Below, one piece after another: positions 39,601 to 51,276 of a DNA stretch of 64,000 bases. Under the pieces are notes generated by a model. The model was not told the DNA's origin. It did not search any database and worked only from the letters and a program-made list of their open reading frames with translations. Every line of letters starts with the position of its first letter. The first letter of the stretch is position 1. The stretch covers positions 8,371,875 through 8,435,874 of the forward strand of contig OZ316891.1 of assembly GCA_973895155.1 (NCBI GenBank), read 5' to 3'. Both the position numbers and the translations under genes were made by a program. The stretch comes from Marsupella aquatica. Its lineage: Eukaryota > Plantae > Marchantiophyta.

Positions 39601-41476
39601 AGAAATTGTGTTCCGTCAATATATGGTTTAGTCCTCACTGGCACCCATGTACGTTCCATCTGCAAAACCGGGTACGAAACGGGGAGGCGATTTCGCTCTT
39701 ACTGTACAGTGAGGTTTAGATAGGTCATCAAATTTTAGAATGACCAAAATCGTGTACTTCTGTCTCGAATGAAGACTTCCCTGGTCTAATGAAAGACCCT
39801 AATATCAGTAAACCAAAGAGCTTCAATCGGTTTAGGGTGAAGAAAATCTGATCTTTATTCACCATACTTCTTTGAATTGGTGAATTGTCTTCACAAGCCT
39901 GCCGCGAGACAGGGGAGAGCTGTGCGTCACAGAACAATATAGTCTTTACGAAAAGAGCTATTGAATCCAATTTAAGGCAATCGCAAACCCGTTAGGACCC
40001 GGGTTCTTGCAGAGCTGCCAGAGACGAATCCTGGAACTTCATTGAAACTGTTCCTCTTGACTATGATGGTGCAGAAATAGATATTACATGGCGAAGGCGC
40101 TGAAATCTTTCATAAGCCAACATCGGTGAAATTTTCAAGAGTATTTTAAGAGCAGGATAAGATCGGTGCTCCCTGCAAGGAAACCCCAACCTCGATCAAT
40201 TGATCTTTAATTAAAAACAGTGGCAAACGAATTCGTGGTGATCTAAGTCAATTCATTAAATCAACTAACTTATTTTCGAGATTCTTAGCAGATCAGAAAA
40301 CTTCGGTAGGGCCACTTTTTCCGTTTCAGTAGTGCACGTCTTTATTAACCTACAGGTTGGCATCGTTGTGCATAGTCTCCGGCCTCAGACTACACATGTA
40401 CACTGGGATTCTATCTGCCTCCTTATATCCTAATTCTCTTGCTTACATAACGGGGAGCCTTTTCCCCCGCCTTATCTCGGGCTTGTATTCAGGAACTCCC
40501 CTCACAGTGTCTGATTTAACAGCGAGTCTACAGATGTAACCTAGAGAGTCAGACAAAGCATTATTCTGACAGGTTGTAAAACTCGTTAACGGTTCACTGA
40601 AGATTATCTTGCAGGCCTGCTTCATCTCCACTTTCAGGCCCGTGACTCGAATTGGAACGTCGGAGTCGTACTTTGAAGGGAACGACTTGCTTAACGTCCA
40701 ACGACTTTTGGAGAGTGATATGTACATCCAAAAATCTGGAGCGTGCCACTGATGCCAGCAGTTATAAATCACTTCTGAGTAACAGTCGGGTCCATTCCAT
40801 CACGAAGCTCTTCAGCATCGATGAGCAGACTTCCGAGAACTAGGTACAATGCTGAGGTGTGTTCTCGTCTGCTTCCGGGAGCTCCAAGAGGGTTTTGATC
40901 CCCGTCATGATGCGGTAGAAGGGCCTTTCCATGACTTCGCTCATCACCAACACCTCAACATACACCGACGTACGTTCAAATCCCCTGTGCTCCTGAAGAC
41001 CTCCGTCGGTTCTAGACTCGCGATCGCGAGGTCACCACCGCTCTACTAGAAATACTTAAAAATGCCCCTTTTGCATCTCTCTAAATAAAGCTTCCGAGAG
41101 TCAGGGCAATGGAGCCAGGGCAATGGTTCCGGTGGTTACTTCACGGACGCCAGAATCGTCTAGGGATGGTGTTTTGGGAATGTAATATATATTTAACAAG
41201 AGAAACGGATAAACTAATGAGCCCATCAGGTGCTGCCACTACGTTATCGCCAGTACATACTTGTCTCTGCAAAATCGAGCCTATCCTGTCCCTGGTGTTA
41301 GGACTTCTCTGACTTGCCAGAGCGGAGAGCATTATTCTTCTCGGGGCTAGTACTCCAGGAGATTTCTGTTGCACGAGTGTCAGATCTATGTTTTCCATTG
41401 ATTCAATGCTCAGACTCCAGCGAAGAAGGCAGATTTGTAACTACAGTTAGTGAGCAGAACGTCGGACACGCAGGCA

Positions 41477-43036
41477 CTAGGGCTGAACCTCACTACTATC
41501 CGGGCTGACAGAATCTGATGGGTCACGCACTGGAGATGGGAACGTCTCGTAGTTCGAATTGAAAAGATGTTCGAGGGTGATGTCGAAAGCGTCCTTGACC
41601 TTCTTGTTAGGGTCCCTATCGGGCAAGTCGTAAACAATGGCTGGGATGATTTTCTCGTGGATGATTGCCTGCATCTGACTCACTTTCTCTTCTGGAATTC
41701 GCTCCAAGACCTCCATCACATTCTCCTTCGTGGAAAGGACATCCACTTCGTCTATTAGCACTGAGAAGGACGACCCATCGACGGGCAAGTGCCAAAGATA
41801 TTGTGTATACGCAGTTGCTGTGGTGAAAAACACAGGAATGCTGCCAGCGACAAGACAATCGAACACAGCTTTTCTGGTTGGGGAGTCGCCTGGGGGCTGA
41901 AAGCAGAACTTGGAAGATAGGAATAAATTGGTGATAAATTGTGGGTTCTTGGGGCAATCGACCTGATTGCAGAGGAGAGTTTCGCACTTGTCGGATTCTG
42001 CACACTGGGAAAAAAGGATCTCTCTCAGAGCCAAATTGGGATGCTTGGTAGCATTCCGAGGCGCTCCAGCAAAGGAGGCAAGATTTTCCCTCTTCGCTTC
42101 GGAGACTTTCTTCAGCCACAGCTGCAGCTCATTGTCCGACCGCGGGTGGAAAGAAGTTGGGTACGGGATTGCCATGAGATGCCTGAAGTCCGTCGATCGT
42201 GAATCTCTCTCGATCATAAGTTTGGTGACATTCTGCAGCTCATAATTGTTCAGCAACGAGTTTCCCCAGCCGTGGTGCTCCACCGTCCTCGTAAAATCCC
42301 AAATGATGCGACTCAGAGCCATGAAATGGTTGTTCCCTTGATGTTCCATGAAGGTAGGTTGTGCGAGAAGCCAACCCAGGAATCGCTCGACGAGTAAGTC
42401 TTTCATCTGAGCCTCGTCGGAGAATATGTTGATTGACAAATCCAAGCCGACGTAGTAAGGAAGGAAGAAAAGGTCAGCCATGTCTGGGTTGTTCGTGCGG
42501 CACTCGTATGTTTTTAACCTTTCATGGAGGATCACTTCCAGAGCGAATTGCTCGGTTCTATACCATGCTTCAACAGGCTCCATGACACCCTCCATCTTCA
42601 ACCCAAAACCCGAGTTGACGTAACTCTCGCACATGTGCAACCACCAGTTCTTATCCAAGCAAAACATGTCAAGTACATCACTGTTGAATTGAGGAGGTAG
42701 ATCATAGATATACACACGCTTGCCGATGCATTCAGAATCGTCAATCTCAATGTACGCCACCACTCGCTCACCCATTCCGCCTCCTTGGGCGAAGAAAAAA
42801 GAGCCCTGCTCGAGTCTGATGAAGTCACCCACGCCAGCAAGAAGTGCCCATATTGCAGCAGCCACTGTCAACCCAATGATCGTCAGAAGAACCGCCCATC
42901 TCCAGAAATGGAAGGCGGTCGGCTTCCCTCCTCCACTATAAGAACTTGTAAGCATATGCATTTTCGTCTTCTGCTTCATGGCACCAACCGCGTCCACTGC
43001 GACTGTCATGGCCGCTTGCTGCACACACAGATGCAT
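41477..43036 (-). CDS. GT47 xyloglucan glycosyltransferase-like, intronless, 519 aa; more distant paralog
   Basis: TM segment, YIYDLPPQFN, WYRTEQFALEVILHERL, HFMALSRIIWDF, IPYPTSFHP, FAGAPR, FCFQPPGDSPTRKAVFDCLVAGSIPV, AYTQYLWHLP. Which ATG is used is uncertain. Confidence 0.95.
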   Translation of the reverse strand: MHLCVQQAAMTVAVDAVGAMKQKTKMHMLTSSYSGGGKPTAFHFWRWAVLLTIIGLTVAAAIWALLAGVGDFIRLEQGSFFFAQGGGMGERVVAYIEIDDSECIGKRVYIYDLPPQFNSDVLDMFCLDKNWWLHMCESYVNSGFGLKMEGVMEPVEAWYRTEQFALEVILHERLKTYECRTNNPDMADLFFLPYYVGLDLSINIFSDEAQMKDLLVERFLGWLLAQPTFMEHQGNNHFMALSRIIWDFTRTVEHHGWGNSLLNNYELQNVTKLMIERDSRSTDFRHLMAIPYPTSFHPRSDNELQLWLKKVSEAKRENLASFAGAPRNATKHPNLALREILFSQCAESDKCETLLCNQVDCPKNPQFITNLFLSSKFCFQPPGDSPTRKAVFDCLVAGSIPVFFTTATAYTQYLWHLPVDGSSFSVLIDEVDVLSTKENVMEVLERIPEEKVSQMQAIIHEKIIPAIVYDLPDRDPNKKVKDAFDITLEHLFNSNYETFPSPVRDPSDSVSPDSSEVQP

Positions 43037-44610
43037 GGAGAAAAATTCAATGAGACTTCTAGCTCATAATGCTAGGACAATTGAATCCGCTGCTAGTATC
43101 TGAGTCTAGACAATCAAGAAGACTAAGGTAGTTCTTGTTCATGATCATGCTAGAACAATTGAATCCCCTGCTATCTGAGGCTAGAGAGCTCTGACCGTCT
43201 CATACTAGAATAAGACTCGACTTCTCCAGTCACTTGGAAAGTTCAATTGGAACCATATATGCAAAGCATGCGGGGAAAACAAGGCGAGCTAACTGAACCG
43301 CAGAAAATCAAGTGACTGTACTACGAACAGAACAGAACGGAACGACGGCTCGTGGTCTGGTACTCCATGCAAAACGCCTACAGAGAACTGTACATCCAGA
43401 ATTGACCAATAAAGCAGTGGAACTTCTGTACGTGAGTCGAGAAATCACCGCATGAAGCGCCTGATCTCGTGCAAATTTTCAGCAAGAAGTGCCGGCAGTG
43501 ACAGAAAAGTTGAGATTGTACCTTCATTGTGTTCCCCAGATTTCGAAATTGTCCACGGCACTCCTGATCGAGCGGACGTTGATCAGTGACTACTCATGCC
43601 GTATACGCGCAGCAGCAGCTCCACTCTGTCTCCTGGACCAGACGCAATTGACTGGAGGGAACTCGACCGACCCTGCCACTCACTCTTCCCTGGACCCGTT
43701 TGGTGGCAGGAGGACGAGAACAGTACTTCTCGCTTGACCGTTCATGTTCGTCAAACTAGAAAATCTCAGACGGCACAGGACAGCTCCAAGTCAAAGCTCG
43801 GCATCCAATTACTAGCTCACAGCTCGTTCGGGAGCTCGCTGTGATCGTTGTGATGATGCCGTTGCTGTCAAAGTATCAGGCACAATACAGGCGTGCAACA
43901 GCCAGGTATTCGTCTGGAGAGGGTGTTGGAGATTAACGGACCGAACCACTAGCTCCAGCTGACGGCCTAATGTCTAAAAATAACTACATTACTACAAGCT
44001 GTTGGAGCGACCACACTGCCCAGATGCCGATGGTAGTTGAAGGTCGCTATGGCCCTTTTCTACCTGCCCGCACAGATTCGTCGGACACTAAAGCGAAAGG
44101 GGCGCGTGACCAACTGACCGAGGAATGGATCTTGAGTGGCAGTTCGCGGTACTTAGTACGTACTGACGGGAAGGCTGCCTCGGCTCTGCCACCAGACCAC
44201 GACGGCGCCAACTTGGAACCTCGTCCCTTTTCTTCCCTCACGAAATAGAGAAGGATGAATGATGCGTTCGCCCGAAATCGTAGAAGGACTCAATTAGGGG
44301 CAGCGAGAATACAGGACTGGTCATGCATCCTCGTCGATCATTCTCGCCTCTCTCAGTCACACTTGAATCGCAGCGGAACACAAGAGGAAAGACGACGAGA
44401 AGGGGGCGCGCCGGAAATTGAAGCAATCCTCTAGACGTTTTACAATGCAAGTCGTCGTCCTTGCAGTCTGCGGTGGCTCAGTGCGCTGCTGCAACTGCTG
44501 CATCAGCTAGCGGGCTGGCAAGCACAGTCCCTCAGCACACCCAATGTACGATTCCGCACAGCTTTCCCAATGGGCACGCAGGCCTGTTCTTGCAGCGCCG
44601 CTGGACACAC

Positions 44611-44790
44611 TATAGGCCAAGAAAAACCGGCATCTCTCTTGAATGCCGGTGGCTTGGATTGAGGTTTGTGAGATTTGTTATATATATTCTCAGCATCTCA
44701 GCAATTACAGGCCAAGAAAATTCGGCATCTCTCTTGAATGCTGGTGGCTTGGATTGAGTTTTGTGGGAGTTGTTATATATACTGCCAGCA
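44611..44790. repeat. ~95-bp tandem duplication containing a small hairpin
   Basis: aggccaagaaaa..cggcatctctcttgaatgc(c/t)ggtggcttggattgag..gttatatata occurs twice. Confidence 0.85.
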
Positions 44791-45284
44791 CTGTATTCAA
44801 GACCCAGACCGCGGGTCGGGACTCCAATAACTACCATAAACGTATCCATGCACGACCGACACGTCCACGGTCCACCACCTCAGTAGGGTTCTTGTCGGTC
44901 CGCGTTTAGGGTGCACGCGCAAAGAAAAATGGACTGGCTCCGGGCAAGACATCATACATCATACCCAGCTCCAGGGCTCCGTGTTAAACGAGTATAGACC
45001 GAACCATTCCACTAGTCGATTAGTACGAACAAATCTTCAGCCGATAAGAGAGGAGGGCACCGAGGTCATGTCACTTGGTTTAAGCCTTCTAGTTTTGGGG
45101 AAAAGGGAACCGATTTATTGCAAACCGACTAAGAAATACACCGACGAAGGGTCTCGCTCCAGTTTCAAGCATGGCAATGCCGTCCCGCTTGGAAATCCTC
45201 CTCCCTATTATGGACATTGCCCAGTTGACCCAAGCTCCCGCCCAAGCTTTCAATCATGGCCAGCGCCTCCATTCTAGAAAGGTT

Positions 45285-45986
45285 CTACGTATGTACATTG
45301 TCTGCTTGCCCTTCATCAGTAATTGAAATCTGTCTCATCCTGGTCTTGGTTGCCTTCCGCTCAATAGATGCCAACTGAGCTTTTGCTTTTTTATTCCCCA
45401 AAGGCCTATTGGTGACCATCTCTGGAGTTCCAGCATGGATTCCAGAATCGTTGTCTAGACTTTCAACGTCATCTGGAGTATTGGCAGCTTGCTTCCCGTT
45501 CTTTCTCTTTGATACTCTATCCAAATGCTTCTCCTGCATTCTTGCTGCGATCTGCCACTTTGGAGAGTCCTTCAAAATTTTCCAAGCACCTTCATACTAA
45601 AATTCCAAGCCCTTCTTGTGTGTCTGTTGACAGAGAGCTCTAGCCTTCTCCATTTGCTTGTCTTCATTGGTTCCAGACTCATTCAATTCAACCATCATGG
45701 ACATTGTTCCAGAAAACTTGGCACAATCATGATGAAGCTCACCCCACTTTGAACTTAACGATCTGATGGACCTGGGGACATTCTTCACCACACCAGGATA
45801 TTTTCGCCTGAATTCTGCCATGGATTTCTGGAAATGCCGCTCAATCTTCGTCCAATAGACATCAGATTTCTGTTGTGCACCATTGATGGAATTGCCGCTG
45901 CATGCTAGCCACGACCTTGCAATCTGTTCAATTTCGATATTGGAGAAATTCGCCTGCTTCTTGCCCTTCTTCACACTCGGCTGCAT
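45285..45986 (-). pseudogene. PIF/Harbinger Myb/SANT-like (NAM-associated) DNA-binding ORF with one in-frame stop
   Basis: NFSNIEIEQIARSWLACSGNSINGAQQKSDVYWTKI, RSIRSLSSKW, ESGTNEDKQMEKARAL, EF*YEGAWKILKDSPKW (TAG at 45597-45599) and RPLGNKKAK. A possible element end GGCAGTGTTACACGCCC abuts TTA at 46488-46490. Confidence 0.85.
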
Positions 45987-48985
45987 TTGTCGACTGGAGC
46001 CATGGTGGAAAATCAAAACATCACAGCACTTAGATGCAACTGAAGAAAAGGCCAACAATTTCAGAAAGATTGATGATAGTGCACAGCTTCGGCGAGGTAC
46101 ATCGATTCAAAGTGGCAAGTCTCGACTGCTGCGCACCATTTCTAGTGAGGAGCTTTCGCTTGGGAAATTTCTCTGCATGGCCTCCTTCCCGCACAGAAGA
46201 GCCTCGGGAAGAGCAACTTTCCTCCACTGTACAATCCATATCTGCTGCAATCCAGTCAAGAACCTGTGGATAGAGCAAAGCGGCATTTCGCCTCTCCCTG
46301 GGCCTCCCCAATCCCATTCCCGCAAGAGAAAACCCCGTGAACAAAAAATACGGTCCCGTTCCCATTCTCATTCTCTTGTAGGGCATGTTTTTTAATATTT
46401 CCTAACGGGGTTGGTGGAAGAGATGGTCTAAGCTCACCAAGCACCAGGAATTAGGGCGCACCAGGAATTAGGGCGTGTAACACTGCCTTAAGCTATTACT
46501 AGCCTCGATTGTTCTTTGAACGTGAATAGCGAAGAGGACAATAAAAATTATCAAAATATATTATCTATTCATATTCTTTAAAAAAATTCATCATTTTAAT
46601 ATATATATATATATAAACTATATTATTCTCCTTTATGTGCACATCAGTCTTTTTGTATGCACATTCATTTTCTATGCACATAATTATGCTCTGATGTGGC
46701 CATAGTGCCCATATTTTTTTGAATGTAAATATTTAAAAATTTTAAAAAAATTGACATATACATATATCATATTATGAGTTTCTCCCATACACATGATGGC
46801 CATAGAGTTAGAGTCTTCACTAGACTCTTAAAAGTAGATTTCACTTGCCTTTTATAGTAAGATGTTTGAAAGTTTTTGTACATACTAACTTTTCTGGGGG
46901 ACATACTTAGATAGCTCATCAGGTTTATGTTTTTGGCTTTTTGTACTTGGCTTTATGTACTCAGTTACTGCTGCTTTGACACTCGCTATTAACTATTAAC
47001 TATTAACTACGGTCCAAAATGGGCATCCATCCCAAGGTGGCTCCTCACTTCCACTTCCAATATGTGACGACTGACTGGGGGCTTCTCACTTCCATTAAGA
47101 AAAAGACTGGGTGGACCTGAGCAGGGCAAGGACGGGAGAAGTGCCGAACACCAGACCGAGCGACAACGAGGCGTGTCGCATGGGAGACCCAAGCAGAAGC
47201 AAAAGCTGTGTCTTACACTGTTTCCGCTAAAGATAGGGCTCCATGAGTCCTTGCTTGAAACCTGTGTATTTTGCTCATCCCGGGTACGATTGAACTCGTC
47301 GTCCTGGTTAATCTTTGAGGTCTTGAGGAAGAACGCATCACGTTCGCAAATTAAACCACCGAAATTATTTCACAGAGCTGGGAAAGAATTTATCTTCGAC
47401 TTCCTTTTGCAAATCCTGTCGTGAGGAGATGCAACGTACTTGTCCTCGGCTCTCTTCAGGACCGCAGTAACGTACTTATCCTTGACCTGATGAGTTTCAA
47501 GATCAAACATGAAAAGTTCAATGCGCATAGAGTTGAATGCATCAATCGGTAAGAACTTGCAAACGACCTTCTACTCAAAAGTCCCCTGGCCAATTAAAGT
47601 AAGACAGGACAATTGTTAACAAGAGAGCAATTATGCTTGAGGTTGATCACTAATTGTGTCACTTCCATGTGGGGAGGAAAGTAACAGGAATTGCCCCAGA
47701 CTCCCAAAACCGACGTTGATATTGAGGAAACGTTTTACTCACTTCTGATGGGAGGTTGGGAGTCAGTGGATCTGTTCTGTTATAGTTGAAATATATGGCT
47801 TGTCAGGAGCAGACAGAACCGCTTCTGTTTCTTCTGGATCTACCTGAACAAGATCCTGACCTCTGTGTGGTGATAGTACGTTAGTTCGATCAGTATCAGT
47901 TAAGAGTACTTTTGCATCGTCATCTCAGACTGTAAGTATCGTGATGCATCGTGATGCAGGCGTACTGCACAAGTTTTCTTGCTGCGCTGTGGATCACTGT
48001 GTCTTGGCTGCGGCCTGTCTGTACTCGTCGGGGTTATATATCCCCTTCAGTGACAAAGTAAAATATGCAGGCCATTTCACATGCGTGGTTTCCATGCCAC
48101 AGCGATAAATTGTCAAACAATATTTTCCAGAGAGTCAAGCTAAGTTGTTCGGCTGTATTGCACTGCTCCAGTTATAATTTGAGGTGGCTCGATTTGACTT
48201 CATGTAGTTTCTCTCTTGTATTGTTCTTGGCTTGTGCGAAGGACAGGTTTGACGACATTTTAGCACGAATCAAGGGAACTTGATTTTAGAGTGCAATTTC
48301 TTACATTGAAAACCATCGTACAGCGAGCAAACCACCAGGCATGCATGGTAAAAAATGTCGTAGTTCAGAATCAGAAACGAAATGGACGAGTGTTCATGCT
48401 GTAGACTCGGGAGAAATAATTTCCCGAAAGTGTACTTTATGTTTGCTAGAATCCTAAAGTCTTTTTCTTATTTTCTTTGAGGTGAAGATTGGACCTTACT
48501 TACAGGTCTCGTATAGATCTCCTGTGTCTCTGTCGGGGTTACCGTTCAGTAGGGAACTTCGTTGAAGATTCATTGAAGATGCCAACACGAGTGAACGCAC
48601 TCAGCGATACTTATAATAATGTTGGAGATTGCAATTGGACACACGCAGTTTGCTCTTTTCATTATTGAGTTTTAAATTCTGAAATCCCAGTTGTCAGACA
48701 CTGCTCATTACTAAAAAAGTCCAACTACATTTCAAGATCCACAAATCATGATTGCACGTTATTTCACAACTTGGGCTAATTGTGTCGCATTGCTTCCTGC
48801 TGCAGACAACTTCAATACTGTAGCCTTCTAGAATGGCACTAAGACCTTGAGGAAAATCAAAACAGCTCTTCGAGTCTCACCACTGGCCGTCTGTAGAAAA
48901 CGTCGCCGAACCGTCTAAACTACAATTCTGTGAGAATTACTGCAAGCGAATTACAGCACTAGCTGTGTACCTTCTACCGAATTGA

Positions 48986-49510
48986 TTATCTCACATATCT
49001 CAGGTATATCTTATGGACTGTGACATAATCTGCAAGATTCGAGTCGTCTACTATGTAACTGAGATCGTAGCCGGTGGCAAATCGGAAGGCGCCTGTTCCA
49101 CCAACGACCGCAAATTCTCTGGGCCAGACGTTGAATCCAAATTGCCCTTGTACAGATAAGGTGCCGTTGTAGGTCGGAGTACTGAGCGTAAGTACGTAAT
49201 TGATGAAAACGTTTTGGGTACCAATGGTGGCGAAACCAGGTTCCACACCCAGAAGTGCTGACGTGCTCTCACGTCCGGCTCTCAAGGTGTTGCTAAAAGT
49301 TTGAATGGTGCCGAAGCCTACTTCGCTTAAGTTTCCGCTCGTTGTCGACACGGTAATCAATGTGGCAGCCGGCCCCGCCTGTCGATCTTCGTGCACGTAG
49401 AGGGTCAGTGCGTGAATTTTAGCTTCAACTCCGACTGATAAAAGAGAGGGCAGGAAACACAGCAGAAGGACCACCTGCTGACCAGCAGACATACTCGATC
49501 TGGACCTCAT
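48986..49510 (-). CDS. Dirigent-like protein, secreted, 174 aa
   Basis: Signal peptide, LTLYVHE, GFGTIQTFSNTLRAG..SALLG, YNGTLSVQG, REFAVVGGTGAFRFATGY. Confidence 0.93.
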   Translation of the reverse strand: MRSRSSMSAGQQVVLLLCFLPSLLSVGVEAKIHALTLYVHEDRQAGPAATLITVSTTSGNLSEVGFGTIQTFSNTLRAGRESTSALLGVEPGFATIGTQNVFINYVLTLSTPTYNGTLSVQGQFGFNVWPREFAVVGGTGAFRFATGYDLSYIVDDSNLADYVTVHKIYLRYVR

Positions 49511-50890
49511 TGCTCGTAGCTCAGATTATGAGTTTGAGATTGCAATGTAGTCGTCACAAGCACCGCGCTTACAGATCTGAAGATTGCAGCTCGATCAGTT
49601 TATGAATTTGAGATTGCAATGTAGTCGTCACAATCACCGCGCTCACATGCAGATCTGAAGATTGCACGAAAGTGGTCAACTGGTTAATCCCGACTAATTG
49701 AAAAGAGAGACTAACTGACTTGTTAGGGACTGACTGATCTTCCCGGATCGAAACAAAGCATCCATACATAACGAAATTATCTATAATCAGAAACGCGTCA
49801 AGATGACAGGCAACAAATGTAAGAGCAACAGATGCAAAACACACGAGATGGGAGGATGAAGTCAACTGTGCTGAACGCAGGTGAACTAAAGTCCATGCAG
49901 AAGTGAGACCAACTGAGACATTGACGCTACACAACAACCTTTACAAGTAATTCCCACTTGCCTGGACAAAAAGTCTCTATTCGTTTGGCGCCGAAACGAA
50001 TGGGACCGTAATCCGAACGAAGCATTCACCTTTGATCTGGGATAAGGGACAACAGTCAAACGATGAACTCAGATCTGTAAGGCAAATGGAACGAGCATAG
50101 TAAATAAGGTACTAGCGGCACCTACTTATAGGGATTCGGAGGCTCTATCAGGCGCGACAGGCAATGGAGGCAGTCAACACTCGAGGCGCGACAGGCAAAG
50201 GAGGCAGTCTAACACTCGAGGTATATGTGACTCCGAACGATGGTACCGGACTCAATTTATATTATAAGCAGCACCTTCCTGAAGGCTGGTGCTGACATCA
50301 GTGCGTACGTGGCTAAGTAACCAAAAAGCGAGACCAGCGCAGGCATGGATCAATGTCACCGGAGATGTTCCGGACTGTTTTCGAGTTCGAACACATCGCT
50401 TCGATGACCCCTTGAAGTGAAATTTTGTTTGCGGTCTCTACGGCGACAATTTTGGAAGCAATAAAGAGTGAAACAGTTTAGACACCAAAAGCGAATGATC
50501 ATGGAATCTTTTAACAGGATATGGCTCTTGGTGCCAGGATCGAGCCAATCAGACTCTAAACTCCATTCTTTGTGCCAGGATTGAGCCCACCAGCCTAGTC
50601 AGACTATCACTACTTGAGCAAAGGACTAAAGGAAATAATGATAAAAGTACAATAAAGTACAAGCACGTCCAAACTAAGAGGACAAACACCAACCCAAATA
50701 AGAAGCCTAATGCAAGCTCCAAAACTAAAGGACTCATTCAAAGGTGAGTTAAGTGAAGGCTTTCTACATAGGAGATTTCATCATAACTCGATAAGGAACT
50801 ACTCCTAACAAAGTGTTCATTTAAATTTCACAATGAATGAAGTCTAGGGAGAGATACAGAGGCCCATATAATTGTCATATGGCTGACTAA

Positions 50891-51276
50891 AGTGGAGAAA
50901 AAAACCTTACGAGGCCCCATCTTTTGAAAGGGACTCCCTGGCCCACAGTCTCCATATGCCCCTGCATATATCCTTTGTAACCTCACTCTCTCTAGCCCTT
51001 GCAGTGCTCCACTGTCAACCATCCTGTAAAACGCAGCCCTAGTGTCCCTACCTGGCTATTTCTGCTATAGCACACTCCCTTCTTTCCCCTCTTCTGGTCA
51101 CCACATTGCACCATGTATCTTGGCATACTAGAGGCTTCCTTACTTCCTGGAGGAGGAGGGCAAGAGGCTGGAGGGAAAGTTTTGGGGGTGCACTGCTTAG
51201 GGTGTCTCAAAGTAGCGCCCCATTGATTTTCTGCACACAGAATCATATGGATTGGGTCATAGGATTTTTTGCCACT
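50891..51276. mobile_element. Decayed ~390-bp TIR element (MITE)
   Basis: Left end AGTGGAGAAAAAAACCTTACGAGGCCCCATC versus reverse complement of the right end AGTGGCAAAAAATCCTATGACCCAATC. It lies between copies of a ~70-bp local repeat (50810, 51290, 51380). Confidence 0.45.

Noticed and set aside
40350-41000. Coding-like minus-strand relic (VMSEVMERALYRIMTGIKTLLELP..)
   Set aside because: Multiple stops and no family I can name; needs BLASTx.
45883-46395. 170-aa plus-strand ORF
   Set aside because: Partly antisense to the Harbinger Myb ORF and has no domain.
46990-47560. Coding-like minus-strand relic
   Set aside because: Fragmented in all frames with no identifiable motif.
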